Positions 1 to 11,129 of a stretch of DNA of 33,771 nucleotides are shown piece after piece. Every line of letters begins with the position of its first letter. The stretch's first letter is position 1. The DNA comes from Octopus bimaculoides (taxonomy: Eukaryota). Made by a program: the position numbers and the translations under genes. Under the pieces are notes generated by a model that saw only the letters and a list, made by a program, of their open reading frames with translations, searched no databases and was not told where the DNA came from. The stretch is from assembly GCF_001194135.2 (NCBI RefSeq), contig NC_069005.1, positions 17,763,028 to 17,796,798 of the forward strand, written 5' to 3'.

Positions 1-300
1 CCCCACTACTAACTTGGTCGCCCAGATAGCGGAAACTATCGACTACCTCTAGTTTTTCACCCTGGAATGAGATAGAAGTTGTTTCCTGTTTGTTTGCAGT
101 CTTTATTGCACCTGAACATCTGCCACAAACAAAAACTAACTTGCTAGTTAACCTGCCTTTGATGTTGCTGCACCTCTTATGTGTCCATAGCTTGCACCGG
201 GTACATCTTATAGAGTTACTACCTACTCCTTTTCTACATACTGAGCAGGGCCATCTACCTGAAGGGGTTTGTGTTTTATCTACCTTCCTACTTATTAGGA
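1..300 (-). mobile_element. RTE-clade LINE ORF2 fragment, running off the window start
   Basis: Minus strand reads ...PSGRWPCSVCRKGVGSNSIRCTRCKLWTHKRCSNIKGRLTSKLVFVCGRC...EKLEVVDSFRYLGDQVSSG, homologous to the RTE copies at 7281 and 20536. Confidence 0.85.
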
Positions 301-397
301 TTATATTGTATAATAATTGTCTCATTGCCATTGTACCTAAAGTTCATTGCTGAAATATTATTGTACCTGTATTATTTCATTGTATTATATATAGTAC

Positions 398-451
398 CTG
401 TATCATTTCACCAATACTGGCAAGTGGAAATTCTTCAGCTACATCAACAAA
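398..451 (-). CDS. Candidate 54-nt frame-preserving exon of the same gene (FVDVAEEFPLASIGEMIQ)
   Basis: (CT)n-ttag acceptor, CAG|gtacta donor, open in phase 0 after the 570-632 exon. No homology recognised, so supported by splice signals only. Confidence 0.45.
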
Positions 452-569
452 CTAAGAGAGAGAGAGAGAGAGTGTGTGTGTTTGTCTGTGTGTGCATACT
501 CACACACATTTACATGTCCATACTTACATATACAAAGTGTAAATGAAAGGAGATTGATGTTTCACTTAC

Positions 570-632
570 ATATTCCAGTTGAAATGATGCAAAATCCAGA
601 CCAGATGTTAAAGTAACCAGAACATTCATTCT
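570..632 (-). CDS. PLEKHM2: PLEKHM2-like exon (63 nt), end of RUN domain
   Basis: Acceptor ctttttgtcattgtag|AGA, donor TAT|gtaagt. Phase 0/0, RMNVLVTLTSGLDFASFQLEY, resembling vertebrate LTLFLTLVSGLEFIRFELDL. Confidence 0.88.
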
Positions 633-872
633 CTACAATGACAAAAAGATGAAAATAGATAATAGTTACTGATATGGAGAAAAAGCAGAAGGTGGTGGAG
701 AACTAATTTAGTCATTCTTTGAGGTTACCATGACAAAATGTATGTCAGCTCAAGTTATTGATGATTAAGTACCAAAGCGGCATCAGTTAACTATCTGTTG
801 ACAAAGTACCAAAAACATCAGCAAGGTATTAATATACTAATCATATACAAAATCAACACTTAAGGTACCTAC

Positions 873-997
873 CTGTTGATCAAGTACCAAAGCTTCCCGT
901 ACATAGTATTTCTTGACAACACTAGTATTTTCTAAGAAACATCTCATGTAACTTTCCAATAAATTCTCATTTAATGCAAGGAATAGCCAGGCACGAC
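873..997 (-). CDS. PLEKHM2: PLEKHM2-like exon (125 nt), RUN domain core
   Basis: Acceptor tttgttttatacag|GT, donor CAG|gtaggt. Translates (G)RAWLFLALNENLLESYMRCFLENTSVVKKYYVREALVLDQQ, the RAWLxLALNE...YY RUN signature. Confidence 0.92.
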
Positions 998-2288
998 CTG
1001 TATAAAACAAATAAGGATGTTAGTAACACATTGGAAATCCATGGGGTCTAAAGAAATTAACTTACTTAAATCCCTTTTAACAATACAGAGAACATAAATC
1101 TAATAAAACCTCTCCTATTTGGGTAAAAAAAAAAAGACTGAAAAGAAGCATTTCTCAAATTTGAAACTATTTTTAACTCTCTTGATACCAGATTGCATGA
1201 GACTATTTCTTCTCCTTTCACATAAAATCTTTTTGATTCAAAATGCTCATATTAAAATCGTTCCTCATAAAAACCCATTCACTTATGTTCTAAACACAGG
1301 CTTTTTGCCTTCTGCTTTTCTGATTAGGTCTGAAGAAAAGGGTTGTGCCCATATCCTTCACAGGATCTCTTAGACTGGAGTAAGGGACTGTGTCCTTGGT
1401 CAGTACAGGCCTTTAAAGACAGGAAAAAGGAGCTAATCGTTACAAGTTCTCTGAGACCTGTGAGGGTAATGTTATTGATATTTGTCCTGAACAACAATAA
1501 GCTAAATGTTTTGAGGAAAACATGAGAGTATTCAAAGGCTTTAATAATGACAAAGGTAATTATCTCCTTAAATCCCTCCATAATTAACTGAAACATAAAT
1601 TTGAAATGACAAAGGAATAAAACAATTATGTTATGAACTTCATTAGTGAAGTCAGTAATGTCATATATGAGAGAAGTAAAGCATTGCTAATAGTACACCC
1701 AGAGGGCAACTCAAATCTTACTATCATACACAACTTAACAAATGAAATGAACTAATTATCAATCGCAACCGTAAGATTCTTAGACTATTCAATCCCTCTT
1801 ATAAACAGACCTAGGAAATAACTTAACCCAATTCATCAAAACAGGACTCTCTAGACCTATACGTTACAGTCCAATTATTAACTTATTAACTTCCCACCTT
1901 AACTATCAGACAGTTTTGTCATTCTCCTATTGAGTTTTTCTACTCTTCTCTTTGTTCTGATGGCAATATTCTCCCATGCACTCCCATACTTATACCTATT
2001 TATGTATCTATATCAGTATGTATCTGTATAAGTTTAGATAATTATTCATCCATATGATTCCATTTAGGCTGAGTAAGTACAGATATGTGTATATATGCAT
2101 GTATGTATAACTATATATAAGTGTATATGAATTTCGTTTTTGTATTTGGTTTGCAAGATTCTTTATGTGAATTCATGTGTTGAAGCATATTTTATTGTGT
2201 CTGGGGAGAGTCATTCTCTTTTAGTGGCTTATTATTTAACTCATTCACCAGTTTGATTTCCACTCACTTACTTTATTCTTTTCTTTTA

Positions 2289-2688
2289 TTCTTTTACTTG
2301 TTTCAGTCATTTGACTGCGGCCATGCTGGAGCACCGCCTTTAGTCAAATCAAATCGACCCCAGGACTTATTCTTTGTAAGCCTAGTACTTATTCTATCGG
2401 TCTCTTTTTGCCGAACCGCTAAGTTACGGGGACCTAAACACACCAGCATCGGTTGTCAAGCAATGTTGGGGGGACAAACACAGATACACAACATATACAC
2501 ACATACATATATATATATACATATATACGACAGGCTTCTTTCAGTTTCCGTCTACCAAATCCACTCACAAGGCTTTGGTCGGCCCGAGGCTATAGTAGAA
2601 GACACTTGCCCAAGGTGCCATACAGTGGGACTGAACCTGGAACCATGTGGTTGGTAAGCAAGCTACTTACCACACAGCCACTCCTGCG
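2289..2688 (-). mobile_element. tRNA-derived multi-domain cephalopod-type SINE, near full length
   Basis: Minus strand starts with a tRNA-like head (A/B-box-like motifs), then a conserved body, a (TA/TG)n linker and a 3' module ending in gactgaaacaagtaaaagaa. Homologous copies at 10473-10774, 16815-16960 and 24639-24972. Confidence 0.8.
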
Positions 2689-3779
2689 CCTACTCCTACT
2701 TATTTATTTATTCTAAAATTTTTGTTAAACAGATTGATAAACAGATATAGACATATATGCCTATTTAGATAAGTACCTATCTATATCTCTTGTTATACAT
2801 ACTAGTGGGACCCATGAATATTTCATGGAATTAATGGTAAATCTATTGGGTTATTTTTGAAAACTTTATCCAAAAAACTTGAAAGTATAGCCTGTGTTGT
2901 GTCTGTATGGAGAGATAATCGCTCATCTGCTACTCATTGAGAAGTGGAAGAAATTGGAATACGATGATTACTTAATGCACTTTATATACTTTATGCACAG
3001 TTTTATAGACTTAATACACAGCACACATAAAATAAATATTCACTCTTATTTTTCCATTTATCCCAAAAACAAAAAAAAATTATCCCGTACATATGATACA
3101 ACCTTTAGTTAAATTGCATATATCTGCCACGTAAATAAGCCTGAATATTTCATTGATTTGCACTTATGCACATGCGTTAAGTGATAGGTGATATGAAAAA
3201 CTAAATTCAATTCAAAAATACACTTTTCACTATCCAATCACCACTGCCACCACCACCACCTCCATCTCCAACACGACCACCATCTCTCTACCCCTCTCTT
3301 TCTCCCTTCTTTCTCTCTCCCCCTCTATCTATGCCTTTCTTTAACCTCACCATCAGAACATCACCCCTCTGCAAAAATTATATTTTTAACTATCTTCCTC
3401 TATATTATCACTACCTTCAACTAACTTTTTAAACCACGTAATAAATATTACATTCCCCGTACTTCAGGTCATGGGCGCTTCTCTCTCCCTCTTTTTTCTC
3501 TCTCTCTCTCTCTCTTTTCTTTCTCCCTCTTTTCCTATCTCTCTTTTCTTTAATCACATGAAAGCATTACCGATGGGCTAAGTAACAGAATGACAAGAAG
3601 AATTATTATAAGATACCTGGTGATTTTTCATACATATTTGAGTTTCTCTATGTATACAAGCATCGTTTTCTTATGCATATATATATATATGTATCTGTAA
3701 ATTCATATACTTGTGTCTGTACACATGTGAATCTGAGTGTATAGATATACATTTCTTGTACATCTTTGGATAACTATTC

Positions 3780-3780
<1 letters not shown>

Positions 3781-3847
<67 letters not shown>
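3781..3847. repeat. (CT)n(AT)n compound microsatellite abutting an assembly gap
   Basis: Directly visible. Confidence 0.95.
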
Positions 3848-4020
3848 NNNNNNNNNNTTAATCGACTTAAACCCTTTGTCTGTCCTTGTTTGTTCCCTCT
3901 ATACTTAGCCCCCTGTGGGCAATAAATATATATATATATATATATATATGTATATGTATGCGTGTATATGTATGTGTCTATTTATGTGTTTTTATGGATG
4001 TTTTATACCTACATATACTT

Positions 4021-4131
4021 CGGGGTCAATTAAATAAGTACCAGCTACACACTGGGGTCGATTTAATCGACTTAAACCCTTTGTCTGTCCTTGTTTGTTC
4101 CCTCTATACTTAGCCCCCTGTGGGCAATAAA
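4021..4131 (+). mobile_element. 3' half of a SINE of the family at 18524-18755; its last ~68 nt are repeated at 3858-3925
   Basis: ggggtcaattaaataagtaccag...ttgtctgtccttgtttg...gccccctgtgggcaataaa aligns with 18640-18755. Confidence 0.8.
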
Positions 4132-4799
4132 TATATATATATATATATATATATGTTGATCCATATACATACTTGCCTGTACATTTATCTTTATCTTATT
4201 TTAGTCTTCTAGTTTATTAACTTATTCATTTTTTCCTATATGCATGTTGCATGCACATTTACTTATGACTATATTTTTATATGCATGTGTATGTCTATTT
4301 GTAAAATAACTTCATATATAGAAGTGTATTTATAGGTCTATCCATATTCTCTTGCGCTCACATGTGTATGCATGTATGTCGATCTATAATACATGTGTGT
4401 GTATACACACATTCATATATGAGCATGCACGAATGTGTACACTTTATATATTATATATTTATGTATTTGTCTGAAAGTATGTGTACACATTCACATATAT
4501 GTATATGCTTATACGTGTATGTTTACATATATGCATATAAACAAGTACATAGATGCAAAATGAGGTGGGAAAAAATAGGATTTGAATACCAAAGATAAAA
4601 TAATATACTATTTATTATAACAAAAAAAATCTTCATAAATTGTTACTTAGAGTTTGATGTGACCGTTCATCAGACAATTGCAATAATACTATTATTATTG
4701 CAACTATCTTACAAACAGTTTGTGAAGGATTTCCTGGCTTTAGTAAATAATATGTGTGTGTATATATATATATATATACACACACATATATATATATAC

Positions 4800-7280
4800 C
4801 ACAGAGAAAAAGTTTAAAAAAGACAAACGTGAGGATGTTGCACAAGCAATGTACTAATAAGACACTCAGAGAAAGAAGAGAGTAGTTGTTTAATGTTTCA
4901 AGTGTAGTTCGTCTTCAGAAACAGGAAGAACAGGAAAAAAGAAAGGAGGAAAAAAATTCACCAACAGTCCACATGAGGTTACATTTCTGAAGTGACCAGA
5001 AGTATGGTTGGTGTGTGTGTGTATCTGTTGGCATGTGTGCGTAGATGGAGAGGGAATGTGTATATCTGTGTGTGCACACATGTGTATGGGTGCGTGTGCA
5101 TGTATGTCTCTCTCTCACTGTATATGTGCGTATGTGAGGGGATGTATGTATGTATATGTGCATGTTAATGTGTGTAGAAGTGTATGTACATGTATGTATA
5201 TGTGTACATGTGTGTGTAGAAGTATATGTGTGTGCGCATGCAAGAGAGGGGTGAAGTGGAGTGTGTGTGGGTAGATTGGCATAGCCAAGGGTGTGTGTGT
5301 GCTGGTGTGGGAGTGTGTGTATGTGTGTGTGTGTGTGTGTGCATGTGTGTGTACAGGTGTGTGTGTGGTGTGTGGTATAGGAATAAAAAATTTAAATTAA
5401 TTTAAGTCAATAATGAAAATTAGTAATAATAAAAAAATAAATGAAAAGGATTTTGTGAATAAATCAGTAACAGAAATAAATCAAAAATATCAATAATAAA
5501 ATCAGTAACAAATAAATAACAATAAAAATTATAAAAAATAAAAAATAAAGTAAAATAAAAAAAATAATGAAATAAAGAAATAAATGAATAAAAAATAAGA
5601 TTGAGTAGAATGACTTTTTAAAAAGGGGTGTGGGGAAAGTCACTGAGAGGAGGGGGTTGTGTTGAGTTTGAAAGGAGTTTGGGTACATAGAGTGAAAATG
5701 TAATGCTGTTCCAGGTGGAGTCTAGATTTAGTGGATCCATGGTGTAGGGCAAGGCCAAAGACGACAAGGTCTGAGGTGGAGTGGTTGACCAAGCGAAATG
5801 ACGATCGACAGGGTGGGGGTGGGGGTCCTTACTTAGACAAACGTCTCGTAAGTGTTTGGTGAACCAGTTGGCTAGCTGGCAGCGCGTCTGTCCAACATAA
5901 AGTTTATTGCAAAGATTGCACTTGATGCAGTAAATGAGGTTTGAAGAAATGCAGAAGGATTTCCTAATGTAGAGGGTGTTCTGGTTGGATCCAGGGAGGG
6001 ATGAGAGGTGATGAAAGGACAGGTGAGGCTGGAGCAAGGGAAGGATCCGGGTTGGGTTGGAACGGAGTGGGGAGGGAGGGAGCTACAGACCAGTAGGTCA
6101 TGTAGGTTACGGGCGCATTTGAAGGAAGGCAAGAGTGGGTTGGGGAAAATAGGGAAGGTGGTGGGATCTAGCTGAAGGTGCTGGAAGGCCTGCAGGATCT
6201 TCCAACAAAGGGGTAGGGTGGAGGGGTGGAAAACGAGGGGAAAGGGGATGCGGTTGGGGGATCAGTGTGGGGAAGGAGAGAGGGGATGGTAGTGCGATTG
6301 ATTTGATGAGCATGGGTAAGGGCAGTTTGGACACGGGTGGAAGGGTATCTGTGATGCATGAATAAGAGGGCCAAGTATTGGGACTGGGTCTTGAAATCCT
6401 GGTCCCAGCTGCACAGGCATCAGAGGGAGTAGGGGATGGCCTATTTGGTGTGGGAGGATGGGGGAGGAAAAGTTGAGGTAGAAGTGGGAGTCTGTGGGTT
6501 TAAAGAAGGCGGAGGTAGTGAGAGAGTGAGTGAGGCTATCAATGGAGAGAGATATCGAGGAAGTTTACAGAAGTATCAGAGATGGTACAGGTGAATTAGA
6601 AAGAAGGGTAGAAGTTAGAAACAAAAGAGATGAAATTGGAGAGCTGTTTGCGGGAGAAGTAGGTAGCACCTATACAGTTGTCTATATAGCAACTGTATAG
6701 CTCTGAGGCCGGTCTGGAGAACTGTGAGAAGATTTGGGTCTCAACATAACCAACAATTGGGGCCCATCCTCATTCCCATAGCAATGCCAGAGTTCTGCTG
6801 GTAAATCTCTCCTATGGATGTAAAGCAGTTGAGGGTAAGGATAAGTTCTGCAAGGAGGAGAAGGGTGGAGGTGCTGGGTGTGGGGTCAGTCAAGGAAGCA
6901 TTAGAAGACTAAGAGGCTGTCGTTATGGGGTGTCACAAGGTACAGGGATTTTATGTCCATGGTGAAAAGGTGGCATGAAGGGCTGGAAGGGAAGGAGAAG
7001 GAATTGAAGAGGCAAAGGGCATGGTTGGTGTCATGTATATGAGACGCGAGGGCAGTGACTAAAGGGGAAAGGATGAAGTCAAAATATTTGGAGATGAGTT
7101 CTGTGGAGCAGTTACAGGCGGAAGCAACGGGGCAGCCAGGGTTGTCAGGTTTGTGTATTTTGGGAAGGAAATAAATGGTGGAGGTTGGTGGTGGTAGGGG
7201 GAGGGCAGAATATGAGATAGGTCATGGATGGTGGAGGACACACACTGCTAGTGGGAGGGGTGGAGTCGGAGGGGAGGAGG
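4800..7280 (-). mobile_element. Decayed Penelope-like element (Neptune/Poseidon-type RT + C-terminal GIY-YIG endonuclease, microsatellite-rich 3' region, terminal HHR motif)
   Basis: Minus strand gives GEIYQQNSGIAMGMRMGP...VGYVETQIF...YIDNCIGA...VNFLDISL (PLE RT) and SSNLIYCIKCNLCNKLYVGQT...KHLRDV...PVDRHF (GIY-YIG; ORFs 5618-6037 and 5872-6132). Frameshifted. Boundaries approximate. Confidence 0.85.
4886..4924 (-). ncRNA. Minimal type I hammerhead-ribozyme-like motif (degenerate)
   Basis: Minus strand TGTTT-CTGAAGA-cgaactacactt-GAAACAT-T-AAACA. Stem I is a perfect 5 bp and the core boxes are present. Stem II and the ACGT stem-III palindrome each appear hit by CpG decay (TCG>TTG, ACG>ACA; inference). 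Confidence 0.6.
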
Positions 7281-7892
7281 CAGGTCAATGATCATATTGG
7301 GCAGCATGCAAGTGTCTTCTATCGGGTGCATGGAGGGACACAGAATTGATTCCTGAAGTGAGGAGGGTACAAGGCTGCTGGAGTTCTGTGATGCAAATGA
7401 CCTAATAATCTGCAACACTAACTTCAGAAAGCCGGCCAGTCACTTGATAACCTATAAATCTGGTGACTATACTAGTAAGATTGATTACATTCTTACCAGA
7501 AAGCAGGATTCGTGGCTGCTCATAAATGCAAAGGCCTTCCCTGAAGAAGAATGTACCCCACAGCATTGATTACTCATTGGGGACGTCAATCTACTGGCTC
7601 AAAAAGCAAGCCAGTTTGAAAAAGAAGGGTATGGAAGCTTAATGATCCTTTGATTAGTCAGAGATTTAGAGACATCCTAAATGAAGCATATAATGAAGAG
7701 AAGTTACAGACTTGTAGCATAGAGGATAAGTGGAAGTTCCTATGGGAGAACTTGCTGAGTGCCTCAGACCAAATTTGTGGCTGGTGCAAAGTCCCAGCCA
7801 GCCCTAGGATGACAAGAGCAAAGAAACAGGCTTGGAAGGACTGGAAGGGTGGTGGTAGCATGGAGATATATCAGGTAGCTAGAAGGAAAGCT

Positions 7893-8055
7893 CATCGTCC
7901 GAACACCCTGTACCTCCACCATTTATTTCCTTCCCAAAATACACAAACCCAACAACCCTGGCTGCCCCGTTGCTTCCTTCGTAACTGCTCCACAGAACTC
8001 ATCTCCAAATATCTTGACTTCATCCTTTCCCCTTTACTCACTGCCCTCCCGTCTC
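7893..8055 (+). mobile_element. Inverted copy of the neighbouring PLE RT segment inserted in the RTE LINE
   Basis: 7912-8055 is the reverse complement of 7041-7185 with about 8 differences. It replaces ~17 nt of RTE sequence that is present in the 20536 copy. Confidence 0.85.
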
Positions 8056-9145
8056 AGCCAGGAGTGAAGCAAAAAGGAAGAAGTTTGCCAATGTCTTACA
8101 GTATGAGGACCAGAGGCTTGAATTGTTTCAGCTTGCAAGACAGTGTGTCAGAGAAAATTGATGCATGGAAGAGAAATATGTTCACATGGATGATGGTTCA
8201 CTGGCAGTTAGTAACCCTGCAAAGAAGCAGGCTTGGAAGTGCCGCTATGAAAGGCTACTAAATGTAGAGAACTCATGGGAGAGGGAGAGTCTGCTTTGTG
8301 TAGATCCAACAGAGGGACCAGTAATCCAAACAGAGAGTAGCATGGTAGACAAAGCCATGAAGGTAATGAAGACAAGAAAAGGCCCTGGCCTGTCTAGGAC
8401 AACTGTTGAAATGCTTAAAATATCTGGCGATGTAGGGTATGGTCTAGTTACCTGTATAGTAAGTCAGGTTGTACATGAGGGTGTCATACACAATACTACA
8501 AAGGAAAAGGAGATGCCTTAGACAGAAATAATTAGAGGTACCAAACTGTTAAATCAGGCGATGAAAGTTACAGGGAGGATCATAGCACAACTAATTAAGA
8601 TGAGAGTTAACCTAGATGGGATGCAGTTTGGTTTTGTGCCAGTGAGAAGCACCACTGATACTATATTTCTGATAAGACAGCTGCAGTAGAAGTACCTAGA
8701 CAAAAATGAACCTTTGTACTTGGCTATTGTTGACATGAAGAAAGCCTTTGACAGGGTTCCCTGATCCCTTAGCATGTAGTCAATGCAGAAACTAGAGATT
8801 GACAAGTGGTTAGTGAGAGCTGTACAAGCCATGTACAGGGAATCAGTCAGTAAGGTGAGGGTTGGCAATGAGTATAGTGATGAATTCAATATACAAGTAG
8901 GGGTTCACTAAGGATCAGGCTTCAGCCCCCTCTTGTTTATCATAGTCCTCCAGGCAATAACAGAGGAATTTAAGATGGGCTGCCCCTGGGTGCTCCTCTA
9001 TGAGGATGACCTAGTTCTCATAGCTAAATCACTTCCAGAACAAGAGAAGAAATTTCAGGTGTGGAAGCCAGGTCTAGAATCAAAGTGTCTCAAGAGTAAA
9101 TCTAGCAAAAACCCAATTCTTTAGTAAGTAGGAATGCAGACAAAT

Positions 9146-9223
9146 CTGCTCAATCTTTAGATGGCCCTGCTCAATCTTTAGATGGCCCTGCTCAATCTTT
9201 AGATGGCCCTGCTCAATCTTTAG
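9146..9223 (+). repeat. 21-bp tandem repeat (CTGCTCAATCTTTAGATGGCC x3.7) inside RTE ORF2
   Basis: Directly visible; in-frame RWPCSIF repeats. Confidence 0.95.
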
Positions 9224-9684
9224 AAAAGGCATAGGTGGAAACTCCATAAGCTGTATCCAGTGTAAGCTATGGACACATAAGTGGTGCAGCAATATCAGAG
9301 AAAGGTTAACAGAGAAAATAGTTTTTGTGTGTGAAAGGTGCACAGGTATAATAAACACTACAAATGTGCAGAAAATAGACTTCATCAAATGCCAGTGGGG
9401 TAAGATAGAGGTAGTTGATAGCTTCTGTTATCTAGGAGACCAAGTCAGTAGTGTAGGTGGATGCTCCAAGAGTGTAGCTACGAGAATAAGAATAGCCTGG
9501 GCAAAGTTCAGAGAGCTCCTACCACTCTTGACACACACATACACATGTACATTCTTTTTATTAAATGTATTTAATATTCTGTGTAAATCAACTTGCCTAA
9601 CTTGCTTCTCATTCGATTTACTCATCTCTTGAGCACTTCAAAGTGTATTCTATAAATAGAGAACACTTGCCTCTAACTTATAAG

Positions 9685-9724
<40 letters not shown>

Positions 9725-10299
9725 ACATAAATGAAAGAGAATAGGTTGATGAAATTTTTTTTAACAATAAGAAAATTCTAATATCATGACAAAGTGTTTT
9801 ATAACTTAAAAACACTTAAAAAATTTATATTATTATATTTAATAATAAATAAATTACTTACATGTCTGCATTAATGCAAAATGCAAAAAATCTTTCAAAA
9901 TAATGCAGAACTTAAGCTACATCCTTAGGTGAAAGAAAGTCTTTGTTAAATACTAAATTCTCAATGTAACATTTCAAGAACAGGAAGTCAATATTTAAAA
10001 GATTATAGAAGACAATTATAATAAAATTAATATAAGATAATAAGACAATTGTTTGATAAATGGAAGGGAATTTTAGTAATATAATCAACGAAAACAAAGA
10101 TTCATAAATTCAAATTATATCTTACATGTAGTAATAACGAAATTATGAAATAGAAATTGTGTGTGCATGCGTGCACATGTGTGATGGATCCTCCGGTCCA
10201 GAATAATATACGAGTGTTCAGATTTTTCTGAATGACCTACAGAAATGATTTGTTTATAGTTATCAAATGTATGTGCTGTACATTAGCTTACACCTTCCA

Positions 10300-10460
10300 T
10301 TAAATTGACGTTGCCTGTACAGGAGCACATGTCAGATGTTGAAATGATCACAAAGCAATATGAAATTAAGTGTCTTGTTCAAGAACACAATGTGCCACCA
10401 AATCTGGGAACTGAACCTATGATCTAGCAATTGTGAGTGCAACACAGTAACTACTAGGCC
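10300..10460 (-). mobile_element. Old SINE head remnant related to 33121-33405
   Basis: aagtgtcttgttcaagaacacaa...gaactgaacc...ctactaggcc parallels aagtgtcttgctcaagaacacaa...gattcgaac at 33321-33370. Confidence 0.55.
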
Positions 10461-10472
10461 ATATATATATTT

Positions 10473-10774
10473 ATCTTTTATCTTTCACTTGTTTCAGTCA
10501 TTAGATAGTGACTATGTTGGGGCACTGCTTGAAGGATTTAGTCAAACAGAAAGTGCTCTTTTCTTTTAAGTCTGGCACTTATTCTGAGCCACTTCAGCTA
10601 AACTACTAAGTTAAGGTAGGATGTAAACAAACCAACACACAAATATATATGACAGGCTTCCACAGTTTCCATCAGCTGAATTTACTCACAAGACATTTGT
10701 TGCCCATGGTGCTGTGCAGTGAAACTGAACTTGAAACCACGTGGTTGCAATGTGAGCTTCTTAACCATACAGCC
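10473..10774 (-). mobile_element. Degenerate copy of the 2289-2688 SINE family
   Basis: Shared cttgtttcagtcat, cttattc...ctaagtta...gtaaacaaacc, acaggcttcc...actcacaag...ccatgtggttg modules. Confidence 0.75.
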
Positions 10775-10820
10775 AAACAATGGGGGCTGTGAACTTGAAG
10801 TGCTAAACAGTACCCACAAA

Positions 10821-11010
10821 TACGGTTCTGTATTTAAGAGATGAGGAATTATGTACATTATTTATATCATTTACATCTGGTTGTCCTCATCTTGTTTGTT
10901 GTTAACACGTTTCGGCTGATATACCCTCCAGCCTTCATCAGGTGTCTTGGGGAAATTTCAAACCTGGGTTCTCATTCCTAAGGTATTTTTCGATGTTGTT
11001 GTTATTATTA

Positions 11011-11047
<37 letters not shown>

Positions 11048-11129
11048 TATTATTCAGGTCACTGCCTGGAATTGAACTCGGAATCTTGGGGTTAGTAGCC
11101 CTTGCTCTTAACCACTACACCATATGCCC
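10821..11129 (-). mobile_element. Copy A of a tRNA-headed, (AAT)n-linked, hammerhead-bearing element
   Basis: Minus strand: GGGCATATGGTGTAGTGGTTAAGAGC...GAGTTCAATTCCAGGCAGTGACCTGA (A/B boxes), then (AAT)n, then acatcgaaaaataccttag...gacacCTGATGAaggctg...cagccGAAAC...gatgaggacaa, then the 3' end. Confidence 0.85.
10903..10946 (-). ncRNA. Minimal hammerhead-like motif in copy A
   Basis: GACAC-CTGATGA-a-GGCTG(gagggtatat)CAGCC-GAAAC-GTGTT. Stem II is 5 bp and stem I is 5 bp (one G-U). In this copy there is no room for stem III or the H17 nucleotide. Confidence 0.55.

Larger units (their letters stand above)
7281..9526 (+). mobile_element. Decayed RTE-clade LINE (end of APE endonuclease, RT, PHD-like finger), truncated at both ends
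   Basis: GHIGQH..VHGG, ICNTNFRK, IDYIL (APE); MQFGFVP..STTDTIFLIRQLQ, DMKKAFDRV, LLFIIVLQAITEEFKMGCPWVLLYEDDLVL (RT); KIEVVDSFCYLGDQ. Confidence 0.92.

Noticed and set aside
1119-1596. ORFs of 60-90 aa on both strands
   Set aside because: No recognisable motifs; the exon phases on either side already join without them.
3565-3600. Weak hammerhead-like words (accgatgggctaagtaacag); similar partial motifs near 27170-27200 and 31395-31430
   Set aside because: The core boxes are incomplete and no stems I/II can be drawn.
3858-4145. Exact ~70-nt duplication of a SINE tail plus (AT)n
   Set aside because: The first copy starts at a 10-N gap and is identical to the second, so most likely a contig-end assembly artefact.
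9146-9223. CRISPR-like regular repeats (also the repeated modules at 23380-23760 and 15590-16060)
   Set aside because: Eukaryotic context, no unique spacers, no cas genes; these are tandem or TE-derived repeats.
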